Assembly: GCA_016906335.1 (NCBI GenBank)
Contig: JADEYG010000002.1
Location: 62,001-126,000, forward strand
Length of the DNA stretch: 64,000 bases
Direction: 5' to 3'
From: Novakomyces olei
Lineage: Eukaryota
Shown: positions 31,886 through 43,476 of the stretch, in pieces
How the letters are laid out: every line of letters begins with the position of its first letter
Numbering within the stretch: the stretch's first letter is position 1
Notes under the pieces: generated by a model
What the model was told of the DNA's origin: nothing
Database searches by the model: none
The model's input: only the letters and a program-made list of their open reading frames with translations
Program-made: the position numbers and the translations under genes

Positions 31886-33721
31886 ATGCTCAGGACCAGC
31901 TTGCGCGCAAGGTCCCTCCCTTACCGCGCTCGCGCAGCTCGTGTGCCCTTGTGCTTCACTCTGCGCCGTCATTTCTGCTATGCGGTAACAACGTTCGGCA
32001 CCGACTTTGAGCGGTGTGCTCACTCTGCCCTTCTGCGCAGTCTCTACGCGTACGCTGAGCGCGGAGAGGCACGAGAGCCTAATTTTGCCGTTGTCCTTGT
32101 CGATGCGCGGTACTTGGCCGCTGCCGCTACCGGCGACGGCGCTCCGCCCGTTGCGCCGGACGAGATTGTGCCGATGATGCGCGAGTGGCTGTTTGGCTGG
32201 CCCGAGATGTCCGTTGTCGGAGCCGTAGTAGACGGCAGCCAGTTCCAGCTGCCGTCAGTGGCAGTAATGCTCGTGACGGAGGACGAGGCCGTTTTTGCCA
32301 CGACGCGGACGGGTCCGAGCGATGCGGAGACGGCAATTGGCCGATGGAATGTGCCCTCCACACGGAGACAGGCAGTCGCAAAACTCGAGCGGCAGACAGA
32401 CGCGTATTTCTTACGGAGAGCAGAGCCGCCCGTCCTCGGCGAGCGGCAGTGGTTCTCCCTCATTACACGTGCCCGCACGTTTGCCATGCCAGAGGGAAGG
32501 GATTATAGTAGTGGAAGTGGCAATGGAGATGGTAGTAGAAGTAGTATAAGTGGAGATAGCAGTAAAAGTAGTAGTAGAAATGGAGGTGAAAGTGGAAATA
32601 GTAATGGAGGTGAAGAGGACGCTGGACTGCGCCGGCTGGTTGCGCAGAGTATGACGTTTGAGGAGCTCAAGGACGCGCAAACGTCAATGGCTCTGAGTAC
32701 GGCTCAGGAGACGTTTGCTCTCGCTGTACGCGATGTCAAGGAGAGCCTTTCGCCGGCCGAGTTGGAGGAGATTGAGGAAGTAATGGCCGGTCACCACCCG
32801 ACCCGTGTGGACCAGCAGCACGCTAAATTCGTGCTTGCCTTTGGCGACAAGGATTTTATAAAGTCAGACTGGCTGGACGAGAGCTTCCCTCGTGCCTACC
32901 GCCTCGGGCTGCCGATCGCCAGGACGCCTTTTATTACGGGCTCACCAGTGACTTTTTTCGCAGACGACCACGTCTACGCCAGTGGCGGGTTCGCCCTCGC
33001 CTTTAGCCGGCTGTTCCCCTTCCAGATTCCGCTCATGGGCCTCCTCGATATCGGCCATTTTGGACTGGCAAAACTGCGGCCAGAGGCAGACACTGCTGCC
33101 TCAGCGGCTACAGTGACCCGTGCCAAGGGCAACATGATCCTGGGACTGGAGGGCGGACGGATGCAGGACTTTATGGACGACGCCAGCCACCTCGCCTCCC
33201 TCTTTCACAAGGACTTGAAGTTTTACGCTCAATTAAACAATGACGCAATGGTGCGGGTACTCGCAGGCGATCCCCGATCGGGCCGGCTCGCTCTGGACGG
33301 GGATGTCCGAGTGGCGGAGGGCGACAAGGTCGATTTCTACTACCAAACTGACCGGTTTCCGACGGGGGATTATATAGCGGACAGCGGTATTGTGCTAAAC
33401 ACGGTTCCGGAAGACAACCAGCCTGGTGAGGAGCTGGTTGCCGGAGACCGGCCGGGGCTTTTTATGGCCTCTTCGTCCCAGGGACTCAGTGTCGCTACAA
33501 AGCGCGGCCAGGCTTGGTTCTGTGACGCTACGGGTACGAGTGTGGCCGTGCCCCTCGCTGGGAATAGCCAGTACCCGATCGACGAGCCCCAGCCGGCTTT
33601 CAGACCGGTCCATCGGCAAATCGCCGAGTGGGTTTCCGACCGAGCCAGGCGGATTCTGCCCCCGCACCCAGAGGGATCCTCTCTACCGGAACCGGACAAG
33701 GATAAAGAGCCGAAAAATTAG
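31886..33721 (+). CDS. Uncharacterised 611-aa protein, probably mitochondrial, possibly FIST-domain related
   Basis: Long GC-rich intronless ORF with an Arg-rich, acid-free N-terminus and VVGAVVD, RTPFITGSPVTFF and VTRAKGNMI segments. Domain call is from memory and tentative. Confidence 0.6.
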   Translation: MLRTSLRARSLPYRARAARVPLCFTLRRHFCYAVTTFGTDFERCAHSALLRSLYAYAERGEAREPNFAVVLVDARYLAAAATGDGAPPVAPDEIVPMMREWLFGWPEMSVVGAVVDGSQFQLPSVAVMLVTEDEAVFATTRTGPSDAETAIGRWNVPSTRRQAVAKLERQTDAYFLRRAEPPVLGERQWFSLITRARTFAMPEGRDYSSGSGNGDGSRSSISGDSSKSSSRNGGESGNSNGGEEDAGLRRLVAQSMTFEELKDAQTSMALSTAQETFALAVRDVKESLSPAELEEIEEVMAGHHPTRVDQQHAKFVLAFGDKDFIKSDWLDESFPRAYRLGLPIARTPFITGSPVTFFADDHVYASGGFALAFSRLFPFQIPLMGLLDIGHFGLAKLRPEADTAASAATVTRAKGNMILGLEGGRMQDFMDDASHLASLFHKDLKFYAQLNNDAMVRVLAGDPRSGRLALDGDVRVAEGDKVDFYYQTDRFPTGDYIADSGIVLNTVPEDNQPGEELVAGDRPGLFMASSSQGLSVATKRGQAWFCDATGTSVAVPLAGNSQYPIDEPQPAFRPVHRQIAEWVSDRARRILPPHPEGSSLPEPDKDKEPKN

Positions 33722-34395
33722 CATTTGTGGTCGGAGAGCAGGGCCAGCCAAAGCCTGCTGCATTGCCGATTGGTGGGGGGGCGGGTGCATGAGTATTGTA
33801 GCATAACAACGACGTGGCAGCAGGTGACTAAAGTTTCAAAAAGAAATGAATTGCACAAACAGTTGGTTTATCAATTAGTTTGGCCAAAAGTATGACTGGC
33901 TCTGACCATAAATGCGGAATTCGCACGTGGATATAGGTCCAAGTTTGGTCATAAAAATTGAACAGGCAATACTACAAGAGCACAGCAGCGCACAGCAGCG
34001 CACAGCAGCGTAGATTCCTAACTGTCTCGTATCATAACCTGAAATTGTCTATACCAGCAAAATCTAATTGTGCAGTTCTCCGTGTTTACGTGCTGTCAGT
34101 GTGAGCAATACATGGAGAGCACAAGTGTATATGAAAGGGATGTATTATATTAAATGATAAACAATATAGTTACAAGCCGAATCCATTTAAATGTTCCTCC
34201 TTTTCCGAATACGAGAATGAGAATGCCAGTATGCGTTAAACACCGTCCGGGAATAAAAGTCCATGTGACCATAATAATTTGGTCATAAATTATACAAGTA
34301 CCCTCCAAAAGAGAAGTACATTTAAAGCAGGTAAATAGACAGAAAAAAAAAAGGAGATTAAAGAAACGAAACAAGGAAAAAAAGATTATCCTCTT

Positions 34396-36240
34396 CTATG
34401 CTGGGTTGAACGACCGGAAAGAAACGAGCAATAGCTGCGAAGCCAATTGAATAGACCAAAAGCCAACCTTTTGCAGCCGTTTACGTCTATTTTGCTGGTC
34501 CTGGACATTAACCACAAATGCATCATAAACTTCCTTCGAGATTTCGTCCATTAGTCCGCTGTCGTACAACGTCCAGCTACCGTCAAAGTCCTCGACAGAT
34601 TTGCGGATGCTGCACGACAGGGGCACATGCGTCTTTCGCGAATTAATATAAGCAACAATGGGCCGAATAAGCGCATTGTTCACATAAGAGATATCGTTTG
34701 TGAATATCGGGACACTGGCCTTGACGTCATTCAACTGAATAGCAATATTTATGGCCATTTCTTCCCCCACTGGATCTGGTTTTGCTTGGTCTAGATCTGG
34801 CAGAGAGGAATCTGATAGAGAGGAATCTGATTTGTCCTTTTCTGCGGCACCGCGTCCCATATTAGTGTCAATATTCTCCATGATACTCGACACGACCGTA
34901 TTCAAATCCACACCGGGCGACCGCTCGGGGAAACTTATATCAAAGACTAAATCCGCAGTCCCCTTATAAATCCATCCAAAAGGACCGTTGGCGCCTCTGT
35001 TTAAATGATCAATACTGACACTATCAACACGCAGCCTGGACTCCCGGCTCTGACGTACGTTTGCGTCATTGTCTCCCTCGGTACCGACAACCATTCCATC
35101 ATAAGTTTGCCGAGGGTGAATTGTGAATAGTGAATTGTCATAAGAGCCCGACATGTGCGAGGCAGAGAGAATGTCGTAAAACAGCCATTGTTTACGTAAT
35201 TGGGGCAACTCACAAGAAAATACGCTAACGTTAAAAGGCCGGAAATTATCCGGCTGGTAGATAGTCACCAGCAAATCCTCCAATCGAACTGCTTCCAGTT
35301 CAAAATCGCCCCATCGATGACGGTACTTGTACGACCGAGGATCAATGCCAGGCAGCCAGTGCACATGGGTACGGTCAACTACGCCACGAACACCTTGAAC
35401 ATCAATATCCTTGACTATCCCACGGCCGTTAAACCATCGGGCTACGGAAAACGTAACATCCACCGACGCAATCGTCAAATCAAACTGTGTATAATTGCCG
35501 TCATCGTCTTGCTGCTCTTCCATTTCTTCTTTAACATCGCCTCCTTCCTCCTCAACTTGCCTTTGTGCTTCAGAAAGTGAGCCCTTGCGAAAGCTGGTTT
35601 TATTACGGGGTCTTGAAGATTGCGGTCTTCGCGATACATAAACGTTCTTAAACGAAATTCTGCCGTCTTTCCACTTGGGAACTATAGCCGACTCAAACAA
35701 AACGGTCAGCCCCGTTTCCTTCGTAACATACGAGCCCAAAGCTTCCGCCAGCTGCTCCTGTGCAAACACAGTATTTGCCCCGACAATAGCGATACTGAAA
35801 AACGTAGTTGTTCCCACCAGGATCCATACGATATGGCCCAGCAGTAGCCAGGAAGAAAATGCACTGATTTCGTCCCAATTAAACGGTCGGTAGGATTTTA
35901 TCAGGAAATATTTCATGCGGATACGAAGACGGGCAAAGGGGCCATTTGCTCGTGATAGCAATTCTTCTTTTGTTATTGGACCGTGTGCCTCGCTAGCGTG
36001 CCGTACTGTATGCCGTAAAAATTGCTTTAGCTTTAACTTGACCGGGTTTCGAACCCAAGACACCTGCGGAATCGTGCCGGTGGAGAAGCTGCGAGCTTCA
36101 TTTGCGAAAAGCACTCGGCTCAGACAAGGCCCGCATTGTCTATTGCCCGAACGCACGGAAAAGACGAAGCGGCGGGCCGTTGAGGCTCGAGCGGCATATG
36201 GCACGCCCAGAAAATTCCGAATAAACATAGATATTATCAA
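34396..36240 (-). CDS. MDM31: Mitochondrial distribution and morphology protein 31
   Basis: RPFNWDEISAFSSW, VFESAIVPKWKDG-like segment, DDGNYTQFDLTI, RLQKVGFWSIQL. Confidence 0.93.
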   Translation of the reverse strand: MIISMFIRNFLGVPYAARASTARRFVFSVRSGNRQCGPCLSRVLFANEARSFSTGTIPQVSWVRNPVKLKLKQFLRHTVRHASEAHGPITKEELLSRANGPFARLRIRMKYFLIKSYRPFNWDEISAFSSWLLLGHIVWILVGTTTFFSIAIVGANTVFAQEQLAEALGSYVTKETGLTVLFESAIVPKWKDGRISFKNVYVSRRPQSSRPRNKTSFRKGSLSEAQRQVEEEGGDVKEEMEEQQDDDGNYTQFDLTIASVDVTFSVARWFNGRGIVKDIDVQGVRGVVDRTHVHWLPGIDPRSYKYRHRWGDFELEAVRLEDLLVTIYQPDNFRPFNVSVFSCELPQLRKQWLFYDILSASHMSGSYDNSLFTIHPRQTYDGMVVGTEGDNDANVRQSRESRLRVDSVSIDHLNRGANGPFGWIYKGTADLVFDISFPERSPGVDLNTVVSSIMENIDTNMGRGAAEKDKSDSSLSDSSLPDLDQAKPDPVGEEMAINIAIQLNDVKASVPIFTNDISYVNNALIRPIVAYINSRKTHVPLSCSIRKSVEDFDGSWTLYDSGLMDEISKEVYDAFVVNVQDQQNRRKRLQKVGFWSIQLASQLLLVSFRSFNPA

Positions 36241-36380
36241 ACTCGATTCGGGCCTGCCGCCATGTTCTTACTGCTATAACGGCAGCACTTGGCGACAAAT
36301 GCCTCGAGAATTTTTTGTGTCTAGATGGATTATATCATTTGTGCGTGAGTGCGCCTATTATGTATGTGTGCGTATTTTTC

Positions 36381-36507
<127 letters not shown>

Positions 36508-36831
36508 GTATCTTGTATATTTTTGATTTTTGCCATTAATTGAAACATTGCGAATTTCTGAATTCTTGTAATCCAAGAACTTGAGCAGAAAGCGTTAAAT
36601 TCATGAAACTTTAATGATTTATTTCAAACTAATTTATATTCAAGCTCTATTTCGCGCCTATACAGCTGCATTAATCTTATATTTTTAACCCGATTGAGAC
36701 GACATGATTAATTAGATGCTAAAGTACGAAATGCAAAGAGTGTCAGTGACGAAAACATTTTCCAACTTGGCGCCGGAGAATATTCTACTTAAAATCAGTG
36801 AAAAGATCGTGGGTTCTTCAAATGATCATGC

Positions 36832-37215
36832 TTAGACGCGCTCTAGGAACAGCGAAGTTCCCACATTGACGTTGACATCGCCATTATTGACGCAGCGGCT
36901 GTGGTCAACCTTGTCCGAATACAAAGAGCATTTCCATACAAGCGATCCGTCAGCCTTGCTGATTTCCTGGTAAAAGTTGACAGCTTTGCAGTTGTTCGGG
37001 TCATTGACGCAGCGACGGAAGCAAGAGCAAGAGTCCATTACGCCCTTTTGTTCAAAAGTCAAATAGGCCTTGTCGATAACAGCACAGCCGCGATCGCTCC
37101 ATACGTCCTTGAAGACGGGGCAGATAGAGACACCGTCGCAATCAGGTGCAGGCAAGGCCATAGTCAAAGAAGCCAAAACGGCAGGAATAATAGCGAGTCC
37201 GGCAAAGATCTTCAT
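36832..37215 (-). CDS. Small secreted cysteine-rich protein (127 aa), PAN/apple-like
   Basis: Signal-peptide-like MKIFAGLAIIPAVLASLTMA, 9 Cys, CFRRC..CKAVNF..CSLY pattern, minus-strand TATAAA near 37310. Confidence 0.7.
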   Translation of the reverse strand: MKIFAGLAIIPAVLASLTMALPAPDCDGVSICPVFKDVWSDRGCAVIDKAYLTFEQKGVMDSCSCFRRCVNDPNNCKAVNFYQEISKADGSLVWKCSLYSDKVDHSRCVNNGDVNVNVGTSLFLERV

Positions 37216-38207
37216 CGTTGTTAAAGGTAAAGTTAACCTGTTTTTGGTTTCTGTTAGTAATTGAGCTTGAAGTAAGAATGGTGACATTTGCCAGGGCCAT
37301 TCGCGCTTATTTATAGACGAAATCCAGATTCCGGGGAAAAGTCGGCTGTTATTCGCGGCCTGGGAAAGCAGCGTATTCTTTAATTTAGATAGCCTAAAAT
37401 AAAAAGTAAAAAGCCAATTTTACACTTCTCCACACTCGCCATTGCCGGAACCTCAATGTTCGCTGAACCGTGCCACTATTTTCGTACACACCGGCTGATA
37501 AAAATCTGTGAATTTTTCGATACCTCCGTGTCCACGCTTGATCTATTTCTGTCAAGAGCGCAGACTGGCCCACGCTTCCAGTTTTAGAAGCTCAATTTAT
37601 CCAAGCTCAATTTACCCGACTCTTTAAACAGGTAAAATACAAACAGTGGCATGCGTTTAGAAATAGCTCTAGACTCTGCTCTGGTGAAGCTGTTTTGCTG
37701 CAAGATATTCAAGTGCCTTTCCTAAAAGAAACAAATTCCCAGATCATTCAGGCTGGCTTCCCATAATCTGGACCTGTCGCTATCACCCGAGGACTTGCTT
37801 GAGTTATTTGCCAGCCTGCCGCATGTCTGCGTGAGCAATTTGCGTTCATTTTTATTCGTTAATTTAATGCTCTGACGTTCCAACTTTCTCTCGCTTCCTC
37901 AAGCTGGTCTTAATAATGCACATAGTATTGGACTCTGAAGTGAATATAATAATTATTTTGATATTACTGCTCTTTTGTATTCTTTGCCTTTATATCACAA
38001 CCCTATGTGAACGGGAAATAAAAGAGAAACAGACTAGAATAAAACTATAAATTATAATCAATAGAATTAAAATTAAAATTAAAATTAAAAACTAAGATAA
38101 AAATAAAAATAAAAATAAAAATAAAATAAAAAATTTGAAGACTGTCGACAGTACAAGAATATCAACATAAATCAAGTGCATTCAAAGTGTAAAGGCCTAC
38201 TGCAGCA

Positions 38208-39102
38208 ATGCCGGCGCCTACTGCACGGAAAGTTCCCGACACGCTTACTCCAGAACGGAATACTGTAAATGATACTTTAATCACAGAGGAAGGTACGTTT
38301 TGCGTTTGTTCTTTTGGCCGAGTCTTCTCGACAAAATTTAACTTTTCTGTTTCCCTCATTACTCTCGTTTCAATGTACCAGGACTAAGACTAAAGTGATC
38401 ATCGATCCCTCGGCGGCAAATGAGCCCAGAGAAACAGAATCAAGTGCGACGGACAGTATGACTGTTGATACAGAAGGACGACCACAGTTTGGAAAAGCGA
38501 AATTAGATCCCAAAGAAAAAGCAGACTCGGGAAAACGAAAACGGTCGGCTGGAGCTACTCCACAAATCCAAAAAGTCCCCATTCCACCACACCGCATGTC
38601 TCCGCTCAAATCGGCGTGGCCTAAAATCTATCCTCCACTAGTGGAATTCTTAAAGCTGCAAGTGCGTATGAATGTACGAAGCCGAGCAGTAGAATTAAGA
38701 GCGGGAAAGGAGACAGACGATGCTGGAGCAGTTCAGAAAGGCGTTGATTTTATTCGTGCTTTTGCTTTAGGGTTTGATGTGGATGATGCAGTGGCGTTAT
38801 TGCGCCTGGAAGATCTTTACATTGACAGTTTTGAGATCAAGGATGTTAAAGTTTTAGCAGGCGACCATTTGTCACGGGCTATCGGCCGTATTGCTGGTAA
38901 AGATGGGAAAACAAAGTTTGCTATTGAGAATACTACAAAGACGCGTATTGTCCTGGCCGATTCCAAGATCCATATTCTTGGTGGGTTTACAAATATTAGA
39001 ATTGCACGCGATGCTATCGTGCATCTCATTATGGGATCTCCGCCGGGCAAAGTGTACGCAAACCTGCGCACCGCTGCAAACAGGGCCAAGGAGCGCATGT
39101 AA
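38208..39102 (+). CDS. PNO1: Pre-rRNA processing KH-domain protein Pno1/Dim2
   Basis: KVPIPPHRMSPLKSAWPKIYPPLV and HLSRAIGRIAGKDGKTKFAIEN. Predicted intron 38293-38395. Confidence 0.95.
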
Positions 39103-39711
39103 CCTAAGAATAAAGTATATATAGAGGAAAAGGATGGAACTATAAGAAAAAGGGAAGCGTAAAGAGAAAGGGAATAGTGAAGGGAAAGGAATAGTAAGGG
39201 AAAAGGGACCGGTCATAGCAGTTTACTGGAGACTTGAATTTACTAAAAGAATCCGGGTCATCTTATTGAATTTTATTTTATGGGAAAGGCATTTGTTTTG
39301 AAGTTGTAATATAATAATTGAATCTGGTAATGTAATCGAGATTGCATCAGAGGACGGCTGCGTAGCGTAGAAGCAAATGCCATGAGAGTAATACGAAAAA
39401 AAAAAAAACCACAAATACAATGTCAATAAACAGCCAAGAATACACGAGCGCTATACACAGAATCAGAGTACTTATTCGCTGCTCTCCTATTCGTCTGTTC
39501 ATTTATCCGTCTACGTCGTGGCAAGTACAAAAGTTTCATTAATTCATAGAAATCATCATATTATTACAATGACAAATCTCAGGTACCAAGATCATCATAC
39601 TATTACATGGGCGCACTTTTTAAAAGCAAGATAAAAAAATAGCTCCCTTTCATATTCCTTTTCTGCGGACCAAAAGGATGTCACTCTCTCTCTTTTGATT
39701 TTCTCGTACTC

Positions 39712-40908
39712 CTACCGACGAGATATGAGCTCTGCATGTAAATTTGAGACGCGATCAGCCAACTCTTTGTTCTCCTTTCTTAGGAGGGCAATTGTATGAT
39801 TTGCCTCTGCAAGTTCTGCTACATGTGACTCCAGCTCTTTAATGTACCGCTCCCTCCGTAACCTGAAAGCCCTTTGCGCGTTCCGGTTTTGCTCTAATCG
39901 TCGAGCTGACTGCATAGGACTGCCCGATGAGATCATTGCTCTATTATTATCAGAGCCAGGCGGGCCTGAGGAGGAGGAAGACGAGGAAGAAGAATTTACA
40001 GCAACTGAACTCGAATTACCACTGACCGAAGTCTTCCTCGCAGCGGCCGCCGCTGCTGCTGCTGCTGCTGCTGACAAGGGCGAAGACGACGACGAAGGCG
40101 CTTGTGCCGGGTTTGTCTCCAAAAACACTCCAGATTTTATTCCTTTATTTTCACTAAAGCTGCCTCCAGCATTGCCGCCGGTAAGACGAGAGCTATCATC
40201 AACGCCTTTCCCTGACGGCCCTGAGGTAGGAAACGACATTGTATGGTGCCCTGGTTGTTTGTTTGCGAAATGCTGTACTTGAACCGCTGAAGCTGGTTGA
40301 CCTGAAGGGCTAGCCAGATGAGGGGAAGCATGAGAATGTGTAGGCGACAGCCGCTCATGCCTTTGCTGATACTGCAAAGACATTAGAGGGAACATATGAT
40401 TTGGTCCTTGAAAGCCTCCGCTGTAGGACAGCGGAGGCAGTTGCTGGGTGTGAGGATAAGCGTGCATTTCCTGCTGCGGCTGTTGAGCTCGAGCGCTCGA
40501 ACCTTCCACGCCGGCGTTTGCCAGGATACTCGAAGTTAAGGGCGAATTAGCTAAAGTGCCGCCCGGCTGGTGAGGCTGCGAATGAAGCAGTATATGTGGC
40601 ACTCCCAGTGAAGGCGTGTTCGGCTGTGGTGATACGTGCGGGTGCGAAGAAGCAGAGGAATTAGCGCTGTTAACATTGGACGACGGTGATCCGACTTGAG
40701 AAGGCAGCTGCCCAGTTTCCGGGACACGGTAAGCCAGAGCGTCTCTTTCATGAGCGGCATTTGGCTGTAGAATATCGGGGAGTGTCATCTTATTCGAAGG
40801 AACAGAAGACGTTGTCGCAGAGGAACTCGTCTCGAACTCTGAGCCTGTGCCATCGGGCGCTCGACGTTTTGTATAAGCCGGCGAAGCGCTTTGATCTTCG
40901 TGCTTCAT
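39712..40908 (-). CDS. bZIP transcription factor with YAP-like basic region
   Basis: Low-complexity N-terminus, then RRLEQNRNAQRAFRLRRERYIKELE and a leucine heptad repeat. First ATG at 40908. Confidence 0.88.
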   Translation of the reverse strand: MKHEDQSASPAYTKRRAPDGTGSEFETSSSATTSSVPSNKMTLPDILQPNAAHERDALAYRVPETGQLPSQVGSPSSNVNSANSSASSHPHVSPQPNTPSLGVPHILLHSQPHQPGGTLANSPLTSSILANAGVEGSSARAQQPQQEMHAYPHTQQLPPLSYSGGFQGPNHMFPLMSLQYQQRHERLSPTHSHASPHLASPSGQPASAVQVQHFANKQPGHHTMSFPTSGPSGKGVDDSSRLTGGNAGGSFSENKGIKSGVFLETNPAQAPSSSSSPLSAAAAAAAAAAARKTSVSGNSSSVAVNSSSSSSSSSGPPGSDNNRAMISSGSPMQSARRLEQNRNAQRAFRLRRERYIKELESHVAELAEANHTIALLRKENKELADRVSNLHAELISRR

Positions 40909-41137
40909 CAGGTTTTTGAGAATTAACAAGGTGAAGGAAAGGATACGGGCCAACAAGGAGGGAACGCGGGGGGCAGAGGAGGATGGTGATTTTGTATTTT
41001 TTATTTCCGTTCCCTCTCTTTTCCTCTTGCCACTTTTTCTTCTATAATTTCTTCAGCACTGTTTATCTGTAGTATATACGTGATTGTAGATTGCTCCAGT
41101 TTGGACCAAACGCGTGGCAATTACGAGTCAGACGAGC

Positions 41138-41177
41138 AACAATGCGTAACAATGCGTAACAATGCGTAACAATGCGT
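41138..41177. repeat. (AACAATGCGT)x4 tandem repeat upstream of the bZIP gene
   Basis: Four direct 10-bp copies. Confidence 0.9.
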
Positions 41178-43476
41178 CTCCTGTAAAGAGGTAGAAAGGA
41201 ACCGCAGCGCTCTGACGACCCGATCTTTTAATGGAGCAATCAAGGTCACGTGAGTTCAAGCAAAAAAAGGCGTGCCGAGCTCAATACATAAGAGCCGAGG
41301 GGACACGTAAGCAGACTGCACCACGACGACTAACCCTGTCTGAGCATATATAACTCAAAAGCTGACGAACTGCAATGTATCGTGGAATTTTAGGCTAAAG
41401 ATCTGATAAAGAAGTGGTGCTTTGTAGCGCAAACCCGGTCAGCTCCAAGACGTAATGCACCTGCCACTAATCACGAGAAAAGAGACTACTATTGGCAAAA
41501 GAAACGAGGTGATCGTATTTGCCAACGGATCTTTGTCTCGTCGCTCACTAGTCGCCGACCAGTCACGCTTCCACCACTGACAACCGACCTTTTGTTGCCT
41601 GCTTGTGTACCTGGCGAGTAGGTCCACGAGCTGGCCACTGCTACTCTTTGAAAATCCGTCGACTGATGTAATTGCGGGCTGACAATCCAAAATTTAATAT
41701 ATTTTGATTGATCTCCGCTGTCTCGCGAATTATCACTGTTTCTTTTTCCGTCTATCAGTTAGAGTAATGTATAAATAAAGAAATAATCACGAGTCGTCCA
41801 CGGCCCTTTGCCCTCGCTCACGTACGAAACCCGCGGTTTTCCCTGACTTTTTTCTCTCCTTTCTAGATTCTTTTGGGGTTTTCATTCATATTTCCTTGGT
41901 GGGCAGCGAAATGTGAAGCACCGGTAGATCAAGTAATCATGATCGACAGTCCGAAAACGTGCCGCGCATAATGTCAAATTTTGGAATTTATACTTGTATA
42001 TATTCCTATACACGCCTACATAACTTTTGTCCTATTGGCAATCTATACGCTCAGTGTACGCGCACTTGTTTAGGCTTTGATTAGTCAGCGCTTATACACA
42101 AGCAAATGTATCCCATATACCGAAAGCCATTCTCTGTCAGTCCTCCAGCATACATCTTCATTCCCGTTTTTGATTCCGACAGAATCCTAGTCGTTCCGAG
42201 CCCTGTAGAGTGCGTAATGCAGCCTGTCAGTTTTAGCGGGGTTAGTCGCGCATAATTCGAATCGGCGTTACATCCGTGACGTAACCAGAATGTTCCATGT
42301 CAAATGCACTACGATGCAGCTAGCAATTTCGTATGGCTCCGTATACGGCAGCCAATGCACGGCCTATGGAATCCACCATTTCCAAAAGGGGAAAAGAGGT
42401 GGGAGCAAGTGCGACTAGTAAATTACACAGCATGTACAGTGGTACACATAATTTACACTGCAAACAGTCTGTCCGCCACGTACTCTGTACCAGCTTACGG
42501 AAAACATTCCCTGTCGAGTAATAGCGATCATCCTGCGTGTGAGGGTTTCAAATGCCGCACGCATTCGAAATGAGTTTGGCGTTAATACCGAATTAATTGC
42601 AGAGAAATATGTGTCATTTTCGAGTCAATATTTACTAGTACGTAATCAATTTATTAGTATTAAAAATTTAATTTCAGTTGTCCGTGCGCCAAAGGCAAAT
42701 TATATATACTCAGCATACTCATCCAATCTAGACTGGATAGTATACGAAACCTGAAATGGAGATCGAGGCACGGCGCCGTATGTGTATAAGAATAGCAGAT
42801 GAATGAGATTACATAATAGATTGAACAATTCATCTGCTGACAAATAAATACAAATTGCCGGTCCTTTGCTGCTGCTCCACTACAGTCACAGTAAGGGTTT
42901 TCACGGACCTGAGGATTTAGCTCGCTTAGTGTTCGCGTGCTATTTCCCGTTTCGCTTGCACGTGCCCTTGTCCGGTCCGAGAATCGTGCAAGGCGCCGTG
43001 TCCCTTGGCAGTCTTGAACTAGAACACCAAATCAAGCAAGGGCCATTGGGACAATGTGATCTACTGCGAGCTCGAATTATGGGACAAATTAGGATCGGTA
43101 TGATTTAGTGATAAGCATACTTTTGGTTGTATGAGACAAATGGCTGTTTACAAGTATAAACACTGAGATTTGGAGGAACCCACGAGAATATGCATGCAGC
43201 AAGGGAATATGATATAGAGGATAATTAAAATAAAATTAAATCAATTTAGGTGCTGAAATTCTTTTATTTCTACACAGGTACAATTTAAATACAATTCCAA
43301 GTTCCATAAAAGGTCTTAATGTACGATTCCGAGCCTATTAGGTAGTTTCAACAAATAAACAAGCAATGGTATTAATAAATTAATTAATTAATTAATATTT
43401 ATTTATTTATTTATTTATTAACTAATCGATTATTTATTTCCAATTTCATAAAAATCTAATCCTCCTCATTTTCAGC

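Noticed and set aside
41000-43470. Short ORFs in the long region upstream of the bZIP gene
   Set aside because: No recognisable motifs or consistent exon structure. Long upstream regions are common for transcription-factor genes.
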